Assembly (NCBI GenBank): GCA_011048995.1
Contig: DSCS01000026.1
Location: 2,765 to 66,764 of the forward strand
DNA length: 64,000 nt
Reading direction: 5' to 3'
From: Bacillota bacterium
GTDB lineage: Bacteria > Macinerneyibacteriota > Macinerneyibacteria > Macinerneyibacteriales > DSCS01
Shown here: positions 10,381 to 19,238 of the stretch, one piece after another
How the letters are laid out: every line of letters begins with the position of its first letter
Position numbering within the stretch: the first letter of the stretch is position 1
Translations under genes and position numbers: made by a program
The notes under the pieces: generated by a model
The model's database searches: none
Told to the model about the DNA's origin: nothing
What the model saw: only the letters and a program-made list of their open reading frames with translations

Positions 10381-11520
10381 ATGAAAACGAAAAAAATAAT
10401 GATTATTCTTTGGGCCCTTCTTTTCTGTCTGCCTGTCGCTGCAGAAGAGAGGGCTCCTCTAGCTAATTTTGAATTAAAAGATACGCCGAACAATGCCGGA
10501 GAGCAGGTCGAGTTCCTTTTTGTACCGGCAGCCTCTCCTGAAGAAGTCCCGGAGTTTCTGCTTCATATCGCTATCGGCGATGAGCCTGTCAAAGAGCGGC
10601 GGTTAGTGAACGCCGGCAAAGAGATCTTTCTCCCTCTGATCACCGGCGAAGCAGGGGTTCCGGTGGAAGTCCGTGTTGAAGCTGTCATGGATGACGGTTC
10701 TTTGAAAAACTTAGGGACATCTTCCCTTGTCAGCCGCGGAGAATGGCTGAATATGAACTCCATGAAGGCCTTTATCCTGGGGCTTCTCTTTATTGCCCTG
10801 ATTATCTTTTATGTGGGCCGGGCGAAAAAAGGCAAAGATCTTTTCATCAGGAAGATCCCGGGACTGGAGGCTATTGATGACGCTTTGGGACGGGCCACAG
10901 AAATGGGACGCCCGGTCTTCTATGTGCCCGGAACATCAAGTATGGCTGATGTGGCCACGCTGGCTTCTTTGAATATTCTGCGACCGGTAGCCCGTCAGGT
11001 GGCCAAATATGAGACGCCCTTTTCTGTCCCTGTCAAGGACCCTATTGTGGTCTCTGTAGCTCAGGATGTGGTCAAAGAAGCCTATATGGCCGCCGGCCGC
11101 CCTGATCTCTACGATGACGGAATCGCCTATCTGGCTTCTATGGGACAGTTCGACTATTCGGGAGCTGTGAGCGGTTCTATGATGCGTGAAAAGCCGGCCA
11201 CGGTTTTTCTTTTGGGGATGTTTTATGCCGAATCACTGATTTTGGCTGAAACGGCTAACAGCGTCGGGGCGATTCAGATCGCCGGGACCGATGCCTCATC
11301 CCAGCTGCCCTTTTTCATCGCAGCCTGTGATTATACGCTGATCGGAGAAGAGCTTTATGCTGCTTCTGCCTACATGAGTCGTGAACCGCTCCTTTTGGGA
11401 ACATTAAAAGCACAGGATATTCTCAAAGGGCTTCTTCTTTTGCTCTTTGTCACGGCGATTATTTTTCAGCTTTTCGGTATTGATTTCGTCATGGACACTT
11501 TTTTAAAACCCGAATGGTGA
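10381..11520 (+). CDS. Cassette A gene 4: signal peptide, then a variable exported domain of about 100 aa, then TM, then a conserved domain of about 230 aa, then a C-terminal TM. Unknown function
   Basis: N-terminal MKTKKIMIILWALLFCLPVAAEE signal-like sequence. The C-terminal domain is over 80% identical to its paralog at 14025-15170, but the N-terminal exported domain is highly diverged. Confidence 0.8.
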   Translation: MKTKKIMIILWALLFCLPVAAEERAPLANFELKDTPNNAGEQVEFLFVPAASPEEVPEFLLHIAIGDEPVKERRLVNAGKEIFLPLITGEAGVPVEVRVEAVMDDGSLKNLGTSSLVSRGEWLNMNSMKAFILGLLFIALIIFYVGRAKKGKDLFIRKIPGLEAIDDALGRATEMGRPVFYVPGTSSMADVATLASLNILRPVARQVAKYETPFSVPVKDPIVVSVAQDVVKEAYMAAGRPDLYDDGIAYLASMGQFDYSGAVSGSMMREKPATVFLLGMFYAESLILAETANSVGAIQIAGTDASSQLPFFIAACDYTLIGEELYAASAYMSREPLLLGTLKAQDILKGLLLLLFVTAIIFQLFGIDFVMDTFLKPEW

Positions 11521-11526
11521 TTTCGC

Positions 11527-11565
11527 AGGGGTGCTTCCGGCGCCCCTTTATTTCTTTTCGTTTTT
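11527..11565 (+). terminator. Rho-independent terminator between cassette A and cassette B
   Basis: AGGGGTGC-TTCCG-GCGCCCCT hairpin followed by a T-rich tract. Confidence 0.7.
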
Positions 11566-11686
11566 CACAACAAAATAAATCCGCAAGCGTATAAGAAAAG
11601 GACGTTTTTTAGTATTGCGGACAAAAAGAAAGTAGAGTATCTTTTTTTTAGACCTTATGATCATTTAAACGGAAGGAGTTAACCCT

Positions 11687-12310
11687 ATGAAGAGAACCCT
11701 GCCTCTTGCTTTGGCCTTCATCTTCGGTCTTATCGGGATCGCCGTTCAGATCGTGCCTGCTTTGAAGGGATTCCTGAATACGATGCTGGACTGGATGGCC
11801 ATTATCGGGTCTTTTGCCCTGGCTTTGGGTGTTTCCAGCCTTACCCGCCATCATATGACAAAGATCCGGCGGAAGCACAAAGACATGTTTTTCAGTTACG
11901 TGACCTTTGTCACGATGCTTTTTATGATGATTATCGGCCTTATCGGCTACTTTCAGCCGGAAAGCCTCTATCAGAGGCTTTTCGGAAATATGTACAATTA
12001 TGTACGTGTCCCCCTGGACGCCAGTATGTTTGCCTTATTGGCCTTTTTTATTACTTCAGCGGCGTATCGTGCCTTCCGGGCCCGCACTTGGCTGGCCACG
12101 GTTTTGCTGGTGGCCGGAGTCGTGGTGATGATGGGCCGGGTAGCCTTCGGCCCCTTTATGATCTTTAATGATATTACGGCCTGGCTGATGAAAGTTCCTA
12201 CGACAGCCGCCATGCGGGGGTTGACGATCGGAATCGGTTTGGGAATCGTGGCCACATCTATCAAGATCGTTCTCGGTATTGAGCGCTCTTATCTGGGAGG
12301 GGGAGAATAA
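11687..12310 (+). CDS. Cassette B gene 1 (paralog of 8014-8640), polytopic membrane protein
   Basis: 207 aa. Same C-terminal ERSYLGGGE and KIRRKHKD loop as its paralog. Confidence 0.8.
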   Translation: MKRTLPLALAFIFGLIGIAVQIVPALKGFLNTMLDWMAIIGSFALALGVSSLTRHHMTKIRRKHKDMFFSYVTFVTMLFMMIIGLIGYFQPESLYQRLFGNMYNYVRVPLDASMFALLAFFITSAAYRAFRARTWLATVLLVAGVVVMMGRVAFGPFMIFNDITAWLMKVPTTAAMRGLTIGIGLGIVATSIKIVLGIERSYLGGGE

Positions 12311-13305
12311 TGAAAACACCCTGGTATGAGAAGATCGCCTCCGTTGATAAAAAGATCCTTTATGTGATCATGTTTGTCGTGGTGATGATCCCGCTTCTGG
12401 CCAAATGGACCTATAACCCTGATGTTATGGACGAAGTACAGGACATTTACGATGAGGTCGAGGAGATCTATGCCTATAATCTTGCCAATCCTGATGCTCC
12501 CATGGGGATACTCTTCTCTTTTGATTACGGACCCTCGACAAGTGCTGAGCTTGACCCCATGATGATGAGTGTCCTGCGCCACGCTTTTTTAAGGAAGATC
12601 CCTGTAGTGACTTGGGTCGCCTTTGTGGACAGCATCGATCTGGGGAAAAGAATCACCAACTTTATTGCGAAAGAATACGGCGCTGTCTACGGCGAAGATT
12701 TTGTCTTCATGGGCTATCCTTATCCTATGACGGCGGCCGTCGTGGCTTTTGGAAGTGATGTGCGTAAATTTCTGGTAAAAGATTTTTACGGCAATGTCAG
12801 CACGGATCTGCCGCTATTGAATAAGATCTATAATTACAAAAGTATCGGATTGATTGTGACCGTTTCCGGCACGTCCATGCCCCGGTTCTGGGTGACCTAT
12901 GCCAACACCCTTTATGGCAAAAAGATCGCCACAGGGACGACGGCAGTTTCTGCCGCGGACTTTTACCCCTTTTTGCAGACCAAACAGATGATCGGCATGA
13001 TGGGGGGGCTTCGCGGGGCTGCTGAGTATGAGAAGCTGGTCTATGAATTGGAAACCGAACTTATCGGAACTGACACAGAGATGTATATGCAGAGTGTCTA
13101 TAAACAAAATACGGTACAAAAGTGGGATACCAAAGTCTTTACGCCCGGCTATACGGAAGAAGAATTGCGCGAGCATATCTCTACCCGTATGACAGCCCGC
13201 ACGGGGATGGCCTCTCAGGCTGCAGCTCACTTTTTTGTCATATTTTTGATTATTTTGGCCAACCTCGGCTACTTTTTTAAACGCCGGGCCGAAAACAAGA
13301 GGTAG
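12310..13305 (+). CDS. Cassette B gene 2 (paralog of 8640-9638)
   Basis: 331 aa. Same TAATG start/stop overlap as copy A. Confidence 0.8.
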   Translation: MKTPWYEKIASVDKKILYVIMFVVVMIPLLAKWTYNPDVMDEVQDIYDEVEEIYAYNLANPDAPMGILFSFDYGPSTSAELDPMMMSVLRHAFLRKIPVVTWVAFVDSIDLGKRITNFIAKEYGAVYGEDFVFMGYPYPMTAAVVAFGSDVRKFLVKDFYGNVSTDLPLLNKIYNYKSIGLIVTVSGTSMPRFWVTYANTLYGKKIATGTTAVSAADFYPFLQTKQMIGMMGGLRGAAEYEKLVYELETELIGTDTEMYMQSVYKQNTVQKWDTKVFTPGYTEEELREHISTRMTARTGMASQAAAHFFVIFLIILANLGYFFKRRAENKR

Positions 13306-13314
13306 GAGGTCCTT

Positions 13315-14022
13315 ATGTTATTCTGGTATACTGTCGCGGTATTATTAAGTCTTGCCATCTTCTCCTTCCTCTGGAAGGATAATCCCCTCTATAAATTTGC
13401 TGAGCATCTTTTTGTCGGGACCATGGTGGGATATACGATCGTCATGGTCTTTTCACAGATTATCATGAGAAAGATCGTAGACCCTATTACGCTTGCCGTG
13501 CATAATCATCAATATCTTAACCTGATCTCTCTGATTATTGCCACATTGATCGGGCTTCTTTATCTCTCCCGTTTTTCACAGAAGGCCCAATGGGTTAGCC
13601 GTTATCCCATCTCCATCACCGTAGGGTTTTGGAGCGGATATGCCATTGTCACATCATTTAAAACCAATATCCTCACCCAGGTGCGCGGGACAGTAGTGGA
13701 TGATATGGGAGCTCCTCTGTTGAATGGAGAGCTTTTGGGTGATTTCATTAAAAGCCCCTCCTGGTCATCTTTGGATCTGGCTGTTTCAGGCCCGCTTCTG
13801 GTCTTTGGTGTCATCGTCGTCTTGATCTACTTCTTTTTTTCCATAAAGAATGAGAATCCCATGGTCAGATTTGCCAATAAGCCGGCGCTTCTCTATCTGA
13901 TGCTGGGTTTCGGGGCTTCTTTCGGCTATACTTTTATGGGCCGTATCAGCCTCTTTATCGGGCGGATGAATTTTATTTTTAATGAGTGGTGGCCGCTCTT
14001 AAAACAGACCATAGGAGGATAA
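13315..14022 (+). CDS. Cassette B gene 3 (paralog of 9652-10368), polytopic membrane protein
   Basis: 235 aa, GGAGG RBS. Confidence 0.8.
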   Translation: MLFWYTVAVLLSLAIFSFLWKDNPLYKFAEHLFVGTMVGYTIVMVFSQIIMRKIVDPITLAVHNHQYLNLISLIIATLIGLLYLSRFSQKAQWVSRYPISITVGFWSGYAIVTSFKTNILTQVRGTVVDDMGAPLLNGELLGDFIKSPSWSSLDLAVSGPLLVFGVIVVLIYFFFSIKNENPMVRFANKPALLYLMLGFGASFGYTFMGRISLFIGRMNFIFNEWWPLLKQTIGG

Positions 14023-14024
14023 GG

Positions 14025-15170
14025 ATGAAAAAAATACTTTTTTTAGCTCTTGTCGTACTCGTGAGCCTGTCATTCGCGGCTGCGGTGAAAGCCGAAGAGG
14101 AGCGTCCCCTTTACGGATGTGAATTGAATCTTTATGATACACCCAATGACGACGGAATCTCTGTTGAGCTGGAGTTTATGCCTTTAAGCTCTCCCGATGA
14201 GGTCCCCCAATACGGCATTGACCTTTATGTGGACGGGGTTTTTATGAATACTTTGACCGTTGTCAATGCCCAGGCCCTTTTTATATACACGGTACCCACC
14301 GATAAAAGGGGAGCGGAAGTTCGGGCTGAAGTCTTTGCGTATGATGCAGAAGGGACGCGTCAGGGGCCTGTTCAAGTCGAAAAAGCTATCTCCACGGCCC
14401 AATGGTACTATTCTGACCGCATTGGCGCCTTTATCTGGTCGATGCTCTTTATCGGACTGATTATGATTTTGATCGGTAAAGCCAAAAAGGGACAGGATAT
14501 CTTTATCCGCCGTATTGCCGGATTGGAAGCCATTGACGATGCCGTAGGCCGTGCCACGGAGATGGGGCGCCCTGTTTTCTATATTCCCGGGACATCCATC
14601 ATCGATGATATTGCCACATTGGCTTCGCTGAATATTCTGCGACCTGTGGCTCAGCAGGTCGCTACCTATGAGACGCCTTTTTCCGTGCCTATAAAAGACC
14701 CTGTGGTGCTGACGGTGGCCCAGGATATCGTCAAAGAAGCCTATATGGCGGCCGGCCGGGCTGACCTTCATGATGAAGGAATGGTCTATTTGGCGTCTGT
14801 AGGCCAGTTTGACTATGCCGCCGCCGTAAACGGAGCCATGGTGCGCGAAAAACCGGCAACAGTTTTTTTGCTGGGGATGTTTTGGGCCGAATCTTTGATG
14901 CTGGCTGAAACAGCCAACACGGTAGGAGCCATTCAGATCGCCGGAACCGATGCGACTTCTCAGCTGCCTTTTTTTATTGCTGCCTGTGACTACACCCTCA
15001 TCGGAGAAGAACTTTATGCCGCATCAGCCTATATGAGCCGTGAACCTTTACTTTTAGGGACGCTGAAAGCCCAGGATATGATCAAGGGAGCTGTTATTTT
15101 CGCTATGCTTCTTTCCCTGGTCTTTATGCTTTTCGGCATCGATTCTGTGATGAATTTCTTTTTTCAGTAA
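14025..15170 (+). CDS. Cassette B gene 4 (paralog of 10381-11520). Start set at ATG 14025 (MKKILFLALVVLVSLSFAAAVKA signal peptide), not the 13986 ORF-track start that overlaps gene 3
   Basis: 381 aa with signal peptide. Conserved C-terminal domain, divergent exported N-terminal domain. Confidence 0.78.
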   Translation: MKKILFLALVVLVSLSFAAAVKAEEERPLYGCELNLYDTPNDDGISVELEFMPLSSPDEVPQYGIDLYVDGVFMNTLTVVNAQALFIYTVPTDKRGAEVRAEVFAYDAEGTRQGPVQVEKAISTAQWYYSDRIGAFIWSMLFIGLIMILIGKAKKGQDIFIRRIAGLEAIDDAVGRATEMGRPVFYIPGTSIIDDIATLASLNILRPVAQQVATYETPFSVPIKDPVVLTVAQDIVKEAYMAAGRADLHDEGMVYLASVGQFDYAAAVNGAMVREKPATVFLLGMFWAESLMLAETANTVGAIQIAGTDATSQLPFFIAACDYTLIGEELYAASAYMSREPLLLGTLKAQDMIKGAVIFAMLLSLVFMLFGIDSVMNFFFQ

Positions 15171-15177
15171 TCTTCAT

Positions 15178-15207
15178 ATGGGGGAGGAGAGCGCTCTCTT
15201 CCCCCAT
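15178..15207. promoter_or_regulatory. Near-perfect 30-bp GC-rich palindrome (ATGGGGGAGGAGAGCGC|GCTCTCTTCCCCCAT) between cassette B and trkH. It is either a terminator hairpin lacking a T-tract or a dimeric regulator operator
   Basis: Read directly. One mismatch between the arms. Confidence 0.5.
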
Positions 15208-15213
15208 AATTCC

Positions 15214-15241
15214 TTGACAATCCCCCGATAAAATATATACT
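15214..15241 (+). promoter_or_regulatory. Putative trkH promoter TTGACA-16-TATACT, ending about 10 nt before the ATG, which implies a very short or absent leader
   Basis: Consensus match. Confidence 0.35.
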
Positions 15242-15250
15242 TCACTCCAT

Positions 15251-16963
15251 ATGAATAAGGATCGTCTTATTAATCTTTTAGATACTTTTCTCTTCACCGG
15301 GACTGTGGTGGCTGTTATCTCTTTTTTTGCCCATTACGGTTTTTTTGTAAACCCCGAACTTCTGACAATCATACGAAAGGGCGCTTTTATCCTGACAGGG
15401 ATCCTTGTCTTTGATAATATTTTGATGCTATTTTTGAATGCCTTTCCCGGAGAAGCCTTTCGGAAACATCGTTTTCTTTATCTGGTGACATTGCTGCTTC
15501 TTATTCATTTCCTTTTCACATTTATCGGCGTTTATGGCGGAAATCCGGATGCGCGGCTTTTTTATTATTTTACAGCGGCTCAGATCTATATTTTCTTTAT
15601 GTTCATCATTAAGCTGACAAAGATCAACCGGATGGTTTTCCCGGGAATCAACTGGCGTCCCGAACAGCTTTTTATCCTTTCATTTTTGGGGGTCATTGTT
15701 CTCGGGACTCTTTTTCTGTCATTTCCCCGGGCTACTGTAGCTGAAGGGGCGATGCCTTTGATTGATGCCTTTTTCACTTCGACTTCAGCTGTTTGTGTCA
15801 CAGGGTTGATCGTCGTGGATACGGCTGTTTATTTTACACGATTCGGCCAGTTTATTATTCTGGCGCTGATTCAGATCGGGGGATTGGGTTTGATGACATT
15901 CACGTCCTTTTTCACGATCTTCTTTTTTAAGACGATGAGCTTTAAAGAGCGCTTTTTGATGAGTGATGTGTTGAGCACGGATTATATCGGTAATGTTCAT
16001 AAGATCATCGGGAAAATATTGATTATCACCTTCACCATTGAAACCGCCGGAGCACTGCTTCTGTTTATGTCCTGGCAGGATAAGTTTAACTCTCTGGGGG
16101 AAACAGTTTTTCACTCTGTTTTTCATGCCGTCTCATCTTTTTGTAATGCCGGTTTTTCGACGTTTAGCAACAGTCTTATGAGCTTCCGGGGAGATGCCGC
16201 TGTGAATCTTATTGTGATCGTCCTTATTATTCTGGGCGGTTTGGGGTTTCTAGTCCTCATGGATTTTTTTCAGCCGCTGGACCGACGGCGGCGCATGCTT
16301 ATGGTACAGACAAAGTTAGTTTTGACCACATCGGCGCTTTTAATCCTCATCGGTACGGTGGTCTTTTTCCTTGTGGAAAACGGCAACACTCTGCAGGGAA
16401 TGAGTATTGGAGAAAAAATATTAGCTTCCCTTTTTCAATCGGTTACCCCACGGACAGCCGGTTTTAATACTGTAGATATCGGGCTTCTCTCCCTTCCCAT
16501 GCTGATGATCTTTACGATGTTCATGTTTATCGGAGCCTCTCCGGGCTCAACCGGAGGAGGAATTAAAACGACGACGTTCGGTATCTTGATTATGACAGTA
16601 TGGTCTTATTTGAAAAACAGAGACCAGGTCAGCCTTTTTAAACGTCGTATTCCTTCGCGTATCGTTTACAGGGCTATGTCTCTGGTCGTTGTCTCCATTG
16701 CGTATCTCTTTATGGCTTATCTGTTCCTTGTTGTCAGTGAAGACATCTCAATGATCGATGCTTTTTTTGAATTGGTTTCAGCTTTCGGAACGGTAGGACT
16801 TTCAACAGGGGTGACCCCTTATCTTTCCACAGCCGGGAAAATAACGATTATGCTTACAATGTTTGTGGGGCGCCTGGGGCCGATGACATTGGCCCTGGCC
16901 CTAAGCCGGGGCGAAAAAGCGGTTGTGACTTATCCTGAAGAGACCAGTATCATGGTCGGTTAG
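15251..16963 (+). CDS. trkH: Trk/Ktr-family K+ uptake membrane subunit (TrkH-like) with an N-terminal membrane extension of about 90 aa
   Basis: 570 aa, multiple TM. Selectivity-filter-like GLG motifs and the GGGIKTTT signature typical of TrkH/KtrB. Confidence 0.85.
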   Translation: MNKDRLINLLDTFLFTGTVVAVISFFAHYGFFVNPELLTIIRKGAFILTGILVFDNILMLFLNAFPGEAFRKHRFLYLVTLLLLIHFLFTFIGVYGGNPDARLFYYFTAAQIYIFFMFIIKLTKINRMVFPGINWRPEQLFILSFLGVIVLGTLFLSFPRATVAEGAMPLIDAFFTSTSAVCVTGLIVVDTAVYFTRFGQFIILALIQIGGLGLMTFTSFFTIFFFKTMSFKERFLMSDVLSTDYIGNVHKIIGKILIITFTIETAGALLLFMSWQDKFNSLGETVFHSVFHAVSSFCNAGFSTFSNSLMSFRGDAAVNLIVIVLIILGGLGFLVLMDFFQPLDRRRRMLMVQTKLVLTTSALLILIGTVVFFLVENGNTLQGMSIGEKILASLFQSVTPRTAGFNTVDIGLLSLPMLMIFTMFMFIGASPGSTGGGIKTTTFGILIMTVWSYLKNRDQVSLFKRRIPSRIVYRAMSLVVVSIAYLFMAYLFLVVSEDISMIDAFFELVSAFGTVGLSTGVTPYLSTAGKITIMLTMFVGRLGPMTLALALSRGEKAVVTYPEETSIMVG

Positions 16964-16971
16964 GAGTATTT

Positions 16972-17640
16972 ATGGCAAAAGGAAAATATCTGGTCATTGG
17001 ATTGGGGCGTTTCGGGATGGCCCTTTTGGACACCCTTTTAGAAGGGAATGCCGAGGTCCTTGTCTTTGATAATGACGAAGAGATGATCAATCAGGTCAAG
17101 GGAAAGATCGCCAATGCCGTGATTTTGGATGCGACCAATGAAGAAGCCCTTAAGAAATTCCCCTTGGAGGAGATCGATGCGGCCATTGTTACCATGGGAG
17201 ACGATTTTGAGAAGAATCTTCTGACAACTGTGATCCTCAAAGAGATGGGAGTCAAAAAGGTTGTTTCCCGTGCTTCGGCAGCCATTGAGGAAAAGATCCT
17301 GAAAAAAGTCGGAGCCGATATGATTGTTTTCCCTGAAGTGGAGATGGGCCGAAAACTGGCGAATACGCTTTTGCGCAAAAGCGTGAAAGAGGCTATCCCC
17401 CTGACAGACGGAAACTCCATCGTTCATTTTAAAGCCCCGGCCTATTTAGTCGGGAAAACATTGAAAGAAACAGAGCTGAGAGAAAAATACTCCATCAATC
17501 TTGTGGCCGTTAAAAAAAACGACGCTGAAGAAGAGATCACGGTCATTCCTGATTCTGATTATATCATTTTGGAAGAGGACACGTTGATCATTGTGGGGGA
17601 TAACAACAATATCGACCGGTTTTCGAAGGAGCGGTTGTGA
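16972..17640 (+). CDS. trkA: TrkA/KtrA K+ uptake regulatory subunit (RCK: TrkA-N plus TrkA-C)
   Basis: 222 aa. Rossmann motif IGLGRFG. Confidence 0.85.
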   Translation: MAKGKYLVIGLGRFGMALLDTLLEGNAEVLVFDNDEEMINQVKGKIANAVILDATNEEALKKFPLEEIDAAIVTMGDDFEKNLLTTVILKEMGVKKVVSRASAAIEEKILKKVGADMIVFPEVEMGRKLANTLLRKSVKEAIPLTDGNSIVHFKAPAYLVGKTLKETELREKYSINLVAVKKNDAEEEITVIPDSDYIILEEDTLIIVGDNNNIDRFSKERL

Positions 17641-18617
17641 AAAAGATACTCCTGATAACAACAGGAGGAACCATTGCCATGCAGGTCGATCAGAAAAGGG
17701 GCGGGGCTGTTCCTTTACTGAAAGCGGAAGATTTTGCCCGTTATCTCCCCCCGGTCAAGGATTTGGCGGATGTGGATATCCATATGTTTTCAAATATCCC
17801 CAGCCCTTACATGAATGTTCCTTTATGGCTGCAGTTAACGGATTTTATCGATGAGAAGCTGGCTGACGGCTATGACGGGGCCGTCATCACTCATGGGACG
17901 GATACCCTGGAAGAGACTGCTTTTTTTGTGGAATTGACTGTTAAAAGCGACAAACCTATTGTCTTTACCGCAGCTATGCGGACACTGGATGAGTTAAGCG
18001 GTGACGGCCCCCGAAATATCTGGGGAGCCCTGAAAACAGTCGTTTCGAAAAATTATACACCGGATATCGGTGTTACTTTGGCCCTGAATGATGAGATCCA
18101 CGCTGTGAGAGATGTGACAAAAACCTATACATCAAATGTGGCTACGTTCCGCTCTCCGCTTTTCGGCCCTCTGGGGTTGGTCGACAATGACCAGGTCACC
18201 TTTTATTATAAGCCTTATCAGCGTATTAAGATTTCCAGCCGTCAAATAGAGGAAAAAGTAGCTTTGATAAAAGCCTATGCCGGAATGAGCTCCGATCTTA
18301 TTGATGCGGCGGTCTCCATGGGCTATAAGGGGCTGGTCATTGAAGCTTTCGGACGGGGGAATCTTCCTGATTGGATCGTTCCGTCTATCAAGCGGGCCAT
18401 TGAAAAAGGGGTGGCCGTCGTTATCTCCTCCCGATGCTATATGGGACGTGTTTTCGGGGATTACGCCTATGGCGGGGGCGGAAAGCATTTAGGCCAAATC
18501 GGAGCGATTTTTGCGTATGACCTCAGAGGTATTAAAGCCCGGATCCTTCTGATGTTGGCATTGGGTAAGTACGACGGGGACCGGGAAGCTGTCCGGCGCC
18601 TTTTTGACACTTTATAG
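17637..18617 (+). CDS. ansA: L-asparaginase (type I), GTG start overlapping the trkA stop
   Basis: TGGTIAM, HGTDTLEETAFF asparaginase/glutaminase signatures. Confidence 0.85.
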   Translation: MKKILLITTGGTIAMQVDQKRGGAVPLLKAEDFARYLPPVKDLADVDIHMFSNIPSPYMNVPLWLQLTDFIDEKLADGYDGAVITHGTDTLEETAFFVELTVKSDKPIVFTAAMRTLDELSGDGPRNIWGALKTVVSKNYTPDIGVTLALNDEIHAVRDVTKTYTSNVATFRSPLFGPLGLVDNDQVTFYYKPYQRIKISSRQIEEKVALIKAYAGMSSDLIDAAVSMGYKGLVIEAFGRGNLPDWIVPSIKRAIEKGVAVVISSRCYMGRVFGDYAYGGGGKHLGQIGAIFAYDLRGIKARILLMLALGKYDGDREAVRRLFDTL

Positions 18618-18626
18618 TATCGGAAT

Positions 18627-19238
18627 ATGAGGCGGAACTGTTTCATAGCATCTCTCTTTTTCTTTATCATATTTTCTTTTTCGCTCTATGCCCGGGAAGA
18701 GCAGGGGATTGCTTCATGGTACGGCCCCGGTTTTCACGGCAGGAAAACGGCCAGCGGCGAGACATATGATATGTACCGGATGACAGCAGCCCATAAGACG
18801 CTTCCTTTCCATTCTATTGTTCAGGTTACTGACCTGGATACGGGGAAAAGTGTGCAGGTGCGTATCAATGACAGAGGCCCCTTTGTGTCGGGACGGATCA
18901 TTGACCTCTCCTACGCAGCAGCCCGGGCTTTGGGAATTGACAGGAAAGGAACAGCTCGTGTCGTTCTTAAGGTCCTTTCCTCTGAATCCGGCGGAAAAGA
19001 AAGAAGCAATTCTTACTACGTGATGGCGGGAAGTTTTAAACAAAAGAAGAATGCGCTCAGACAGCAGGACTCTATTTGGAAAAAGACCGAACTGAAACCT
19101 CGAATATACAGATCAGGCCGTTATTACCGTCTTATATTGGGGCCATGGAGAAATGAAGAGATGGCCCGTGATGCCTTAAAGAAGCTGGAAGAAAACAAGA
19201 TAGAAGGGATTCTGCGATATGGCTCTTTTGACAGCTAA
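18627..19238 (+). CDS. rlpA: RlpA-like septal lytic transglycosylase (DPBB domain) with a C-terminal SPOR domain
   Basis: ASWYGPGFHGRKTASGETYD...VRINDRGPF motif. C-terminal SPOR-like region. Confidence 0.8.
   Translation: MRRNCFIASLFFFIIFSFSLYAREEQGIASWYGPGFHGRKTASGETYDMYRMTAAHKTLPFHSIVQVTDLDTGKSVQVRINDRGPFVSGRIIDLSYAAARALGIDRKGTARVVLKVLSSESGGKERSNSYYVMAGSFKQKKNALRQQDSIWKKTELKPRIYRSGRYYRLILGPWRNEEMARDALKKLEENKIEGILRYGSFDS

Larger units (their letters stand above)
8014..15170 (+). repeat. Tandem paralogous duplication of a four-gene integral-membrane cassette (copy A 8014-11520, copy B 11687-15170), separated by a terminator
   Basis: Gene-by-gene collinearity with the same lengths (208/207, 332/331, 238/235, 381/381 aa) and identical overlap architecture. 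About 60% aa identity in genes 1-3, and over 80% identity in the C-terminal 230 aa of gene 4. About 80% nt identity in the best-conserved stretches. Confidence 0.9.
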
